A stretch of 64,000 nt of DNA, from assembly GCA_001792345.1 (NCBI GenBank), contig MGGJ01000013.1, positions 85,371-149,370 of the forward strand, given 5' to 3'. A program made the position numbers and the translations under genes. The notes beneath the pieces were generated by a model. It did not search any database, was not told the origin of the DNA, and was given only the letters and a program-made list of their open reading frames with translations. The DNA comes from Candidatus Woesebacteria bacterium RIFCSPHIGHO2_01_FULL_39_32. Lineage in GTDB: Bacteria > Patescibacteriota > Microgenomatia > UBA8517. This document shows positions 45,550 through 54,688 of the stretch, piece after piece; the first letter of the stretch is position 1; each line of letters opens with the position of its first letter.

Positions 45550-47481
45550 ATGTCCGACAACGATTTAGATGCTCAGGAGCTATTGCCGACCGAGGGGAAG
45601 AATTTACAAATCGAGAATAAGTATCCTGCAACTCTTTACTTGGCAATTATTAAACAGATGGGAAGTAAAGATATGATGACACGTCTTGCGGGAGAAAAAA
45701 TCGGGTTTGTTGAATCACAAGATCCCGAGCATCCCTTGGTTAATATTGAATCCAGGATACGTGGGAATTTAATTCATACCCAATGGGAAGATATTCCTGA
45801 CCACCCTGGATCAAGACGGGGAGTTGGTAAACAGATACAAGAATTCAATTGGGAGACCAGATTTAAACTTCATAATCATACATATATAGATGAGGAAGTG
45901 GCATCCTCAATAGGTAGTCAATTAACAGAAAAAGGTTATGAAACTCGGACTGAATCTACCCGAACTGGATCTAAAAAGATGTTTATCGAGTCCCCTGCGG
46001 GGAAATTTGAATTGTCGTTAGGCTTTCCAAATCCACAAGCACTGATCAAGTTTTACCAAGACCAATTGGTTGAATATAGAGCAAAGTATTCAAGTCTTGT
46101 CCAGTTTCAACTTTCGCAAATTGAAACAGTTCGGAAAGGAGAAGAAGAAAGTTCTTTACACCTTGAAATAGCCAATTCGCATCCCAATTTAGGCCCTTCG
46201 GGAACTCCTTTAGAATCGAAAGAACAAGCTCTGGCTTATATAGAGCAAGGTAAAAAGCTAGCTGAATTTGTTGCAACCTTATTGACCAAAGAGCTTGGTG
46301 GTGGTAGGAGTTTTCCAGTCATAAATATGGAATGGAAGACTAGTTCTGTCCAACCTGCCCTATGGCATGAAGCAGGAAAAGTTAACCTCCTTGAAGACTT
46401 AAAAAACATACCGATAAGCGAATTAAATTCCTCCCTTGTCAGAGTAATACAGACTCTTAAGGAGGAAAAGAACGCCCCTGATCTTTTTACCAAAAGTGGA
46501 ATGGACTCGGAAGCCAAAAAAATGCTCGGCTTAATCGAAGATTATTTCCAAAATCGTTTTACAGTAATTAAACCTGAAGATTTTGCTACCTTAGATGGAC
46601 AGGACAAGGCTTTATTAGCACTTGGGCTTACCTTGAAGTCGATAGAAGGAGCAATAGTTAGGGACAACGATCGTTTTATTCCCCCTAATCAATCCAGTAT
46701 ATGTGGGGTAAAATTTCAAAGATATGGCGAGAGTATGCGCGACCGTTTCGAATTTTATATGCAACAAGATCGGAAGTTCAAATATGACAAAGAAACCTCA
46801 GAACCAGCAGATTTCCTTTTACTACACACTACTTTTGAAGGGCAAGCCGATAATTTAACAAGATATGAAAGAATACAATCAGAGAATTTGGGGAAGACAA
46901 GGCAATGGATTATTACACAATTAGAACCCGAAAAAGCAGGAAGGTATACTGCTGATGACGTGGAAAAGATAAACAGCTTGCTGCTCCTTGACTTAGTCCC
47001 CGATCGTGTCCTCGGCATGTTCAGGAAAACACAGAACGCGATGATTGAAGGGCGGATAGGCATGACCCAGCCAGAAGACATCGAGAGAAATCTTAATTCT
47101 TTACTAGAAAATACAGGTAAATATATTTCAGATACACAAAGATCTGGACAGATCGACGAGGATGCCGTTTTACGTACCCTCGTGCAAAATTGGTCATATT
47201 TTGATGCCATTCACCCAATGGAAGAAGGAAATGGAAGAACAGGAACATTGCTCTTCGAATCCTGGTATAGGCTCTTATATGGTTCGCAAAAACGTTTTGT
47301 ATCTGAAAGAAAAGAGTCTTATTTACTATCGCAAGCTATATCAGAGGCACTGAAAGGTAACTCGAACTATGAGTTTTGGTATTCTCCAAACTCCAAACCA
47401 TCAGGCCTAGAAGGAGATATTGAACCTCTTTTTGAATATGTCAAATCTCACTTGGTAGAAACCGCCGAACCAACAAGTTAA
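45550..47481 (+). CDS. Large Fic/Doc-family (AMPylation-type) domain protein with a long N-terminal region of unknown function
   Basis: C-terminal Fic core motif HPMEEGNGRTGT, matching HPFx(D/E)GNGR with the last Arg replaced by Thr. Confidence 0.6.
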   Translation: MSDNDLDAQELLPTEGKNLQIENKYPATLYLAIIKQMGSKDMMTRLAGEKIGFVESQDPEHPLVNIESRIRGNLIHTQWEDIPDHPGSRRGVGKQIQEFNWETRFKLHNHTYIDEEVASSIGSQLTEKGYETRTESTRTGSKKMFIESPAGKFELSLGFPNPQALIKFYQDQLVEYRAKYSSLVQFQLSQIETVRKGEEESSLHLEIANSHPNLGPSGTPLESKEQALAYIEQGKKLAEFVATLLTKELGGGRSFPVINMEWKTSSVQPALWHEAGKVNLLEDLKNIPISELNSSLVRVIQTLKEEKNAPDLFTKSGMDSEAKKMLGLIEDYFQNRFTVIKPEDFATLDGQDKALLALGLTLKSIEGAIVRDNDRFIPPNQSSICGVKFQRYGESMRDRFEFYMQQDRKFKYDKETSEPADFLLLHTTFEGQADNLTRYERIQSENLGKTRQWIITQLEPEKAGRYTADDVEKINSLLLLDLVPDRVLGMFRKTQNAMIEGRIGMTQPEDIERNLNSLLENTGKYISDTQRSGQIDEDAVLRTLVQNWSYFDAIHPMEEGNGRTGTLLFESWYRLLYGSQKRFVSERKESYLLSQAISEALKGNSNYEFWYSPNSKPSGLEGDIEPLFEYVKSHLVETAEPTS

Positions 47482-47520
47482 TTTCAAACAGCTGTTTTGA
47501 AAGTAACACTTAATCATTTA

Positions 47521-47585
47521 TAACTCCAAGCTGCCTCGACTAAATTTTCCAAAAGAGCTAAATTTGTAACAGTGCGATTCCGATT
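47521..47585. repeat. Direct repeat of the folD 3' end (partner at 48415-48470) flanking the VanY gene
   Basis: GCTGCCTCGAC(T/C)AAATTTTCCAAAAGAGCT has 30 of 31 positions identical, with decaying similarity for ~20 more nt. The partner copy encodes the FolD C-terminus LLENLVEAAI. Confidence 0.6.
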
Positions 47586-48399
47586 ATTCTAATTTATACT
47601 TTCCTCCACCCCCAACGGGTCTCTCAGGTCTTATCGGATGAGAGGTTCTTTTTTCTAAATACGCTTTTTGGAGATCAAAAACGTCACTTTCCCAACCATT
47701 TTTTCTCAAAGCTTGGAAATATTCTGCAACGTTTTTTCCGACATATATCCAATGCCATGATTCGTTTGTTATACCGTCGTGGCCTCGATCGTAAGAAATG
47801 ACAAAACCGTATTCCCAAGCGTTTTTTACTAACCATTCATATTCCCTTGTTTTTTCAAATCCCGCTCCTTCTTTAGCTACATTCCCAATGCTGAGAGTAG
47901 TAAAGTCAAGCGCAAGACCTGTATGGTGTTGTGAAGTTCCTGGCAGCATTGATGTTTTATTATCCTCGCCTTCGCGCTTATGTATTAATTCCTGTTCTTC
48001 CCAAGAACGGTATCCGCTTCTTACTTTAATATCAACCCCAGCAATTGAAGATGCAATTAATAAATCTTCCAATGGTTGAACTACCAACGAATGGATTCTA
48101 ACTTTACCAGTAACATCTGCTCGTCTTAGGAACCCTTCGGGAGAAAACTGACTTAGAGGTTTTAGTTCAGGTTCTATTTCTTCCTTAATAAAAGATTGCT
48201 CTAAAGGATGCTCTCTATCGACCAACTTAACGCATAATAGATCTTCGGGTTCGGGAAGATTTGTTGGCTCTTTGTCGGAAGTTGTGTTAGAAAATTCATT
48301 GGGTTTTAACGCAAGAGTCCCGAGACCCAGTGCACTAAGTTTTAAGAAATCTCTTCTTGTAACTTGTTTTTGATTTGCTTCTGGATTATCTTCGCTCAT
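47584..48399 (-). CDS. Tat-secreted VanY-type D,D-carboxypeptidase (peptidase M15B)
   Basis: Twin-arginine signal RRDFLKLSALGLGTLAL. M15 motifs SGYRSWEEQ and H-x-x-G-x-A-x-D (QHHTGLALD). Confidence 0.7.
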   Translation of the reverse strand: MSEDNPEANQKQVTRRDFLKLSALGLGTLALKPNEFSNTTSDKEPTNLPEPEDLLCVKLVDREHPLEQSFIKEEIEPELKPLSQFSPEGFLRRADVTGKVRIHSLVVQPLEDLLIASSIAGVDIKVRSGYRSWEEQELIHKREGEDNKTSMLPGTSQHHTGLALDFTTLSIGNVAKEGAGFEKTREYEWLVKNAWEYGFVISYDRGHDGITNESWHWIYVGKNVAEYFQALRKNGWESDVFDLQKAYLEKRTSHPIRPERPVGGGGKYKLE

Positions 48400-48412
48400 G
48401 ATTCAAGTTAAT

Positions 48413-49222
48413 TTAAATCGCTGCCTCGACCAAATTTTCCAAAAGAGCTGATATTGTGATGGGACCGATGCCACCTGGGACTGGAGAAATAAAAGCGGCT
48501 TTATCGATAATTTCATCGGCTTTTACATCGCCTTTCGGTGAGCCCACGTCTATAATCACAGCCCCATCCTTTATTTCCTCTTTTCCAATAATTCCAGGAG
48601 AACCTGTCACGCTTATCAAAATATCTGCTTGTCTTGTCTTAGTATTTAGATTTTCAATCTCTCTGTCGAGTCCTTCGACAACGTAGACCATTTCTTTCAT
48701 AACTTTAAAAATCTTTTTCCCTTCAAATCCCTTAGCTCCAACTACTGCCACCTTTAAAGGTGGCACCTTTAAAGTAATATAAGGAGTTGCTTCACGAACT
48801 ACTTCCAAAACTGCTTTTACAGTTGGGGTTAGATATAGACCATCTTCGCGTAAACCGTCAACATCTTTTTCTTTTGCAATTGTCTTAATTATTTCGTCTC
48901 TGTCTTTTTCAGAAAAATTCGCAGGAAGTGGCAACTGCACCATTATTCCGTGGGTACTTTCATCCTTATTTAAAGTCTGAATCAATCCAATAATCTTTTC
49001 TTTTCTTACATCTGACATCATACTTCTTACTTCTACTTCAGCTCCTACTCTTTCCGCTGCTTTTTTCTTTAATTTGACATACATAACGCTTGCCGGATTA
49101 TCTCCAACAAGAATTGAAACTAGTTTTGGTTTGATACTTCTTTCACTTAGTCTCTTAATCTCTTCTTTTAACTTAATTTCTTTCTCTCTCGCAAATGTTT
49201 TTCCATCAAAAATAATTGCCAT
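48413..49222 (-). CDS. folD: Bifunctional 5,10-methylene-THF dehydrogenase/cyclohydrolase
   Basis: N-terminal block AIIFDGKTFA...KLVSILVGDNPASVMYVKLKKKAAE and a C-terminal NAD(P)-binding domain. Confidence 0.85.
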   Translation of the reverse strand: MAIIFDGKTFAREKEIKLKEEIKRLSERSIKPKLVSILVGDNPASVMYVKLKKKAAERVGAEVEVRSMMSDVRKEKIIGLIQTLNKDESTHGIMVQLPLPANFSEKDRDEIIKTIAKEKDVDGLREDGLYLTPTVKAVLEVVREATPYITLKVPPLKVAVVGAKGFEGKKIFKVMKEMVYVVEGLDREIENLNTKTRQADILISVTGSPGIIGKEEIKDGAVIIDVGSPKGDVKADEIIDKAAFISPVPGGIGPITISALLENLVEAAI

Positions 49223-49332
49223 ATCTGGTAATTCTAGTTCATTTACCTACCAGATCACAAGAATTTCACGAAAATTTATGTATATGCTAAGCTTAGGTAA
49301 GTTAATAAAAAGGCCACCGGCCTTGAGAGGAG

Positions 49333-49602
49333 GTGAAAATAATGTATAAAGTTCAGAAAAAAGATGGTACACAAGAGGATTTTGACCCAAACAAGATATT
49401 AAGCGGGGTGAAGAAAGCGGGTGGATCCGAAGAGGATGCTCAGAAGGTTCTTTCTGAAATCCAGGCTTGGTTACCTACTGCAGCACAAAATAACGTAGTT
49501 AAAGCACTAGATATAAGAACAAAAGGACTCGAAGTGCTTGAACAAGTTAGTCCCGAAGTCTTTACAAAATTCAAATCCTACGAAAAACCGCCCACAAGCT
49601 AG
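49333..49602 (+). CDS. Stand-alone ATP-cone domain protein
   Basis: MYKVQKKDGTQEDFDPNKI matches the ATP-cone consensus (V.KRDG..E.F...KI). A GGAGG RBS lies 8 nt upstream. Confidence 0.55.
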   Translation: MKIMYKVQKKDGTQEDFDPNKILSGVKKAGGSEEDAQKVLSEIQAWLPTAAQNNVVKALDIRTKGLEVLEQVSPEVFTKFKSYEKPPTS

Positions 49603-49915
49603 CTAAATACGGAAGTGTGTACATAGTTCCTGTTGACAAAAATGAATTTTTTGGAGCTATAATTATTTACTATTGCTGCTAATAAAAATATGTCCGTCGA
49701 GTTAGATTCTACTGTTCCGGGAGTTTTATTAAACCTGATGAAGATTTAATTTCAGGAGATGGAACAAGTAGCACCGCAGCGGTTGGTACTTCGGTATATG
49801 ATGGTGATACTGGATATCAAACTTCACGAGAAGAAGATTTTGCAGAAGAGGATCCTTATAGCCCAAGTTATAAACCCGATGAATAATCTTTTTTTAACTC
49901 CATTTATTTAATAAA

Positions 49916-51217
49916 TCAAGGAACTGGGAATTTTTGGCAGAGGGTTTTGACTTCAGAAGCAATACCCAACAAAAATTTATCTTTCTCAATTTTTGATCTG
50001 AATGCCTTCAAAAATGTTGATCTGGCTTCTGGTTTTTCAGGAAGTTTATAGGGCTTCACATAATCAATTACTTTTAAAATCCAAGTTGCAATTTGTTTCA
50101 TTTCCTTTTCCTTCATTCCCCTGGTTGTCAATGCGGGAGTACCAAGCCGCAATCCGGAAGGATAAAAGGGGGGCATTGTGTCATTTGGAACTGAATTCCT
50201 GTTTGCCACAATTCCCGCAACTTCCAAGCTTTGGGCAACAACATTTCCTGATAGTTCTAAAGGTCTTAAATCGACAACTAATAAATGGCATTCTGTTCCA
50301 TTTGCAACTAAGGTTAACCCTCCGTCCAACAGGGCGCTGGCTAGTGCCCTGGCATTTTTGACTACTTGTTTTCCGTAAGTCTTGAAAACAGGAGTATTTG
50401 CCTCCTCTAAAGAAATCGCGATTCCGGCAGTGGTATTGTTGTGCGGTCCTCCTTGCATACCGGGAATTATCGCCTTATCAATTTTTGCAGGAAGTTCAGG
50501 ATCTTTTTTAACTCCCTTAGCTGTCGCCAGAATCATGGCACCCCGCGGTCCACGTAAGGTCTTATGTGTTGTACTTGTAACAAGATGTGCGTGAGTAAAT
50601 GGCGAGGGATAAACCCCAGCAATAATTAAGCCAATAACATGAGAAGCATCTGCAACTAACCATGCCCCGATTGAGTCGGCTATTTCTGCGAGCTTTTTCC
50701 AATCAAAGGCTAGAGGATATGCGGTTGTTCCAATCAGCATGAGTTTTGGTTTTTCCTTTTGAGTTTGTGCACTGATCTTTTTGTAGTCTAATAACCCCTT
50801 ATCATCCAAGCCGAATTGTACAGAGTTAAAATATTTACCGGAAAAAGTAACTTTCGGATGACCGTGTGTTAAATGCCCGCCGGAAGCCAGTTCAAGACCC
50901 ATAATCGTGTCCCCGGGTTCAACTAAAGCAAACAAAACTTCTGAGTTGGCAGGAGAGCCGGAATACGGTTGGACATTTGCATAAGGAACTTTGAAGAGAT
51001 TTTTAGCGCGCTCAATTGCAAGGGTTTCAATTTCATCAATGATTTTATTTCCCTGATAATATCTGCGACCGGCATACCCTTCTGAATATTTATTTATTAA
51101 AACGGATCCGACGGCTTCCCGAACGGATTTTGAAGCATAATTCTCCGACGGAATCATCATAAGTGTTTCGCCCTGCCTTTTTTCTTCCTTTTTAATTAAT
51201 TCAAATATTTTATCCAT
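49916..51217 (-). CDS. glyA: Serine hydroxymethyltransferase
   Basis: NKYSEGYAGRRYY and PLP-lysine block VTSTTHKTLRGPRG. Confidence 0.9.
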   Translation of the reverse strand: MDKIFELIKKEEKRQGETLMMIPSENYASKSVREAVGSVLINKYSEGYAGRRYYQGNKIIDEIETLAIERAKNLFKVPYANVQPYSGSPANSEVLFALVEPGDTIMGLELASGGHLTHGHPKVTFSGKYFNSVQFGLDDKGLLDYKKISAQTQKEKPKLMLIGTTAYPLAFDWKKLAEIADSIGAWLVADASHVIGLIIAGVYPSPFTHAHLVTSTTHKTLRGPRGAMILATAKGVKKDPELPAKIDKAIIPGMQGGPHNNTTAGIAISLEEANTPVFKTYGKQVVKNARALASALLDGGLTLVANGTECHLLVVDLRPLELSGNVVAQSLEVAGIVANRNSVPNDTMPPFYPSGLRLGTPALTTRGMKEKEMKQIATWILKVIDYVKPYKLPEKPEARSTFLKAFRSKIEKDKFLLGIASEVKTLCQKFPVP

Positions 51218-51257
51218 CGGATTATACTAATGTAATAAGACCCTACAATCCACTGTA

Positions 51258-52133
51258 TCATATTCTCTCTCCTCTACCACCTTGCAGCTCCGTAAAACCC
51301 CAGTCATTCCAATCTTTGTACATACTTTCTCTCAGTAGTTCCTTAGAAGGAAATCCTAAAGATCTTCTTACCTCTTCGACCAGTTGCTGATTCTCATTGA
51401 AGCTGTACAACCCTTTCTCGTTCAAAAGTCTTGCAAAGTCCGTGATGCTATCCAAAGAAAACTCCTTCAAACGATCAATTCCAGCTTCTCTACAACCCTT
51501 ATCCTCCGTCATTATATTCAAGATTTGGCCAGAAACTTCGTAAAGAATATCCCACGGATTTTTAAAAGCATCAATTACACAAACCCTATTCTTCTGGCTC
51601 TCAGCTAAAGATAAATAGTTAGTTCTGATAGCACAGTATATTTCTATCCCAACATCATCTCTCCAGTTTCTCTTGCCACCCAATCTCTTCGCTGTTTCAA
51701 CCCTAATCATAGATTCCTCAGCCGGCAAATCTAAATAAAAAGTTAGAGTTGGGTACCACTTGAAGGGGTTTTGCATGTTGTGAATATAGGAAATATCAGC
51801 TCCGTCAACCTGTTGCAAAGCAATCGAAGACCACCAACTTCTATCGGCTACTGAAATACCGTTAGGATTCTCCGATCGCCAAGGTCTGACTTTTTTTGTG
51901 ATTAATTCGTTTCTTGCCGCAGTAAACAGCAGTAAGTGGGTATTGGGGCTCATATCACTGAATTCTTCGGTAAATAGCAAGTTTCTTATGGCCTCTCCAA
52001 TTGGAGTACCACCCGGCTCCCGAATTCTTAAAACTGGACTCTTGACAAATTGTTCTAAAAAACTCGCAAGCAATGTGGATTGCGTAGTTTTTCCAACTCC
52101 TTCAGGTCCTTCTAATACAATACTTACTGACAT
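51258..52133 (-). CDS. tmk: Thymidylate kinase with a ~80-aa C-terminal extension
   Basis: P-loop LEGPEGVGKTTQ. A lid-like DRxxx region. Confidence 0.75.
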   Translation of the reverse strand: MSVSIVLEGPEGVGKTTQSTLLASFLEQFVKSPVLRIREPGGTPIGEAIRNLLFTEEFSDMSPNTHLLLFTAARNELITKKVRPWRSENPNGISVADRSWWSSIALQQVDGADISYIHNMQNPFKWYPTLTFYLDLPAEESMIRVETAKRLGGKRNWRDDVGIEIYCAIRTNYLSLAESQKNRVCVIDAFKNPWDILYEVSGQILNIMTEDKGCREAGIDRLKEFSLDSITDFARLLNEKGLYSFNENQQLVEEVRRSLGFPSKELLRESMYKDWNDWGFTELQGGRGERI

Positions 52134-52178
52134 CGCTCGACATTATAACCCAGATAACAATAAATTTCCCTTTTTTCG

Positions 52179-54032
52179 TTAACTTCTCCCATCAGTAATA
52201 TTAGAAAGCTTTTCCTGGGTTCTGACTTCTGCTTTTAATCTACCTAAACCATAATCTTCTACCCAGTTAACGTGGGCAAAATGTGGTTCTAAAAACGGAT
52301 ATACTCCGAGAATTTGGCGAGCAGCTTCCTGTAAAGCTCTTCTATATGAAGGGTGACCCCCTTCAATAGTTCGAAGCTCCGCAAAAAATGCCCACTGACG
52401 TATGTTTGCCCGTACATTAAACCTCAATTTATTTCCAAACATTGTTACGTACTCAGAAGCGTCAAACAATTTCGGATTACCGCTTGTCGTCAATTTCCTG
52501 TTTAAATCCTTAGTTGATTGAGCTAATCGCTCGTAATCAGTTCGCACCTCCTCCATTCCTTCCTCATAAAATTCCTCTGGTATAAACAATTCATCTGCTG
52601 TAAGCATTTGGCGCTCAGTTGAGCTTATTCTATTCCTTTGTAAATCTCTATAAATACCAAAATCTACATCGAATTCGACCTCTGCTGTGGTGTGCTCGAA
52701 AGCACGAGGGAGTTTATGGCGTCTACTTAAGCCCTTTGCACTTCTTTCCGGAACTGCAGATGCGATTAACTCTGCAAGTCTCGGGCTATATGTTAACTCG
52801 GGATTTCTCTGCAAATCTTCTTCTTTGATTACCCTTAACCGTTCTCTGATAGCTGCTTTTGATAGTCCTTTATTTTTTTGTCCAGTATATACCAGTTGAG
52901 TTGCTATCCTTAAATCAGCATCCTCGTCCCAATCAACTAACCTAACTGCTTCAGTATCTCCGGGAGTAATTCCCTCAACCCAGCTTTCAACCGCGGTTCT
53001 CTGGGTATTCCTAACATCTCTCAGATATTCTCTAGTTCTTGATCCATGGGCGTGATCCACATTCTGCAAAAAACTCGGTGCAACTTTTTCCAACTCGTGA
53101 TAAGCCATAACTCCGAGAAGCCTTACTTCCGGATGTTGGGAGGAAATCATCTTATTTATTGTATGCTCTGCAGCTTGTCCAGAATAGTGAGCACCTAAAT
53201 TTGTAACGGTAGTAGTAGGAAGAAAAACTCGAATAGTATCAAAGGTTTTTGCCTTTAATGCGCGTTCATACGCTTTTTGCACCCTTACTTTATCATCCTC
53301 GTTTCCTATTTCATCATATTTAACTTCCTGACCTGTGCTAGGAACTAAGACAACCTGTTCCTCTAAAGGATATTTCCTTCTTAACATCAGTTGTGTTGCT
53401 GGGATGTGCCTTTTATATGCTTCGAATGATGCAATACTCCAATCCAGATATTCCTGCGCAAATTCAGAATTCATTACTGTTGGCTCCTCCATAAAAAGAA
53501 AATGCCCATCAACGTTGCTTCCGAAATCTACATATCTAGTTGACTTTTCAATGTAGGCAGAGGCAACTCTCTGGTCTTCAATTGCCTTGGCTGCTATTTG
53601 AGAAACAAATTCGAAAGAAATGTGAACACTTCCCATTTGAATTACCGAGTCATCGCCATATTCGGCAAATACTCTCCTATAAAATTTCTCCGCGTGTTCC
53701 TTAGCGCTTTCAATTCCTTCTCCTTTTGTTTCTATAATATTTTCCGTTATATTCTGTATGCCTAGTTCCTCACTTGCCCAAAATTCATCTAAAAATACTC
53801 GACGCACACTTTTACTAGTCCGACTGTATCTTGAAAACATCGCCCCAACAACTTCTTGAGGAAGACCATATATAGCAAAAACAGGGCTATCTGTATTTGT
53901 AAAGAACTTGGATAAAACTGCCTCTTCTTCTGGAGTAAATTCTTCTTGTGTGTAAGGAAAAGGGAATCTGTCAGGAAGAGAAAGAGTTTCTGTTTTTAAA
54001 ACGTGCGTTTTTTCAAGAAACTCTCTAGTCAT
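52179..54032 (-). CDS. thyX: Fused tandem ThyX-like protein (two flavin-dependent thymidylate-synthase-like domains) with non-canonical RHR motifs
   Basis: The C-terminal domain aligns to the ThyX core (HTTAEVEFDVDFGIYRDLQRNRISSTERQ versus H.T.FE..VFTF.V.API.VARQ..RHR.AS..E.S.RY, and FNVRANIRQWAFFAELR versus [20 protein letters not shown]). The N-terminal half has a weaker ThyX-like block (FAIYGLPQEVVGAMFSRYSRTS). Flanked by tmk and dcd. Confidence 0.5.
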   Translation of the reverse strand: MTREFLEKTHVLKTETLSLPDRFPFPYTQEEFTPEEEAVLSKFFTNTDSPVFAIYGLPQEVVGAMFSRYSRTSKSVRRVFLDEFWASEELGIQNITENIIETKGEGIESAKEHAEKFYRRVFAEYGDDSVIQMGSVHISFEFVSQIAAKAIEDQRVASAYIEKSTRYVDFGSNVDGHFLFMEEPTVMNSEFAQEYLDWSIASFEAYKRHIPATQLMLRRKYPLEEQVVLVPSTGQEVKYDEIGNEDDKVRVQKAYERALKAKTFDTIRVFLPTTTVTNLGAHYSGQAAEHTINKMISSQHPEVRLLGVMAYHELEKVAPSFLQNVDHAHGSRTREYLRDVRNTQRTAVESWVEGITPGDTEAVRLVDWDEDADLRIATQLVYTGQKNKGLSKAAIRERLRVIKEEDLQRNPELTYSPRLAELIASAVPERSAKGLSRRHKLPRAFEHTTAEVEFDVDFGIYRDLQRNRISSTERQMLTADELFIPEEFYEEGMEEVRTDYERLAQSTKDLNRKLTTSGNPKLFDASEYVTMFGNKLRFNVRANIRQWAFFAELRTIEGGHPSYRRALQEAARQILGVYPFLEPHFAHVNWVEDYGLGRLKAEVRTQEKLSNITDGRS

Positions 54033-54099
54033 TTTATGAAGATCTTAGGACAACTGTAAAGTTTTAACAACTATGAGTTGCCTTGTCAACTAGGAGAAA

Positions 54100-54639
54100 T
54101 TACACCTGTTTTTCTTTTTTCTTCATCAATACCCGTCCACCGCGCCATTGTCCTCTGTATGAAGTTCCTCCGCCATCTACGTATTCAAACTGAACGTGCA
54201 TGAATCTTGCTCCTAATTCTATCTCGATTTCGCTAGGTCCCACATTTGCGATTGAAGTAACTAGTGGGCCAGAATAACCTGGAGCAATTTGGCTTAATCC
54301 CTGAAGTAAACCGCTACGAAATATCGTCGATCGAGGGAATAAATATCCTCCAATATTTTCAGGTAAATTAACGCTTTCTAAAGTTTTTACTAAGTAATAG
54401 CTTCCTGCTTTAAAAGTAAAAGTTTTTTTCTTTCCTTCAATGTAAGAAGCCAAAACTTTTGTGTCCGGCGTTTTTCTCTCTTCAATCCCTAAAAACCCTT
54501 TTCCTTTTAACTCGTGCACCTCGCCCAGCCGTAAATCAAATCCAGCGCCCTCGGGATTTTTCAATTCACGCTCAGTTAGATTTTCAACAAGTTTCTTTTC
54601 CTTAACCAGTTTTAAAAGTATTTTCGGTCCAATCGGCAT
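54100..54639 (-). CDS. dcd: dCTP deaminase / dUTPase-superfamily protein
   Basis: GAGFDLRLG and PGYSGPL resemble Dcd motifs. Confidence 0.7.
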   Translation of the reverse strand: MPIGPKILLKLVKEKKLVENLTERELKNPEGAGFDLRLGEVHELKGKGFLGIEERKTPDTKVLASYIEGKKKTFTFKAGSYYLVKTLESVNLPENIGGYLFPRSTIFRSGLLQGLSQIAPGYSGPLVTSIANVGPSEIEIELGARFMHVQFEYVDGGGTSYRGQWRGGRVLMKKKEKQV

Positions 54640-54688
54640 AGTAAAAAGACTACCTTTAAGGGGTTGTCCCTACAAGGTGTATATAGTT

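Noticed and set aside
49643-49890. Sigma70-like TTGACA-N19-TATAAT in the convergent gap between the ATP-cone gene and glyA, followed by a short ORF or an acidic peptide frame
   Set aside because: The spacer is long at 19 nt. The downstream ORF is only 19 codons. The acidic DGTSSTAAVG... frame has no start codon. It may be a small RNA, but the evidence is too weak to call a feature.
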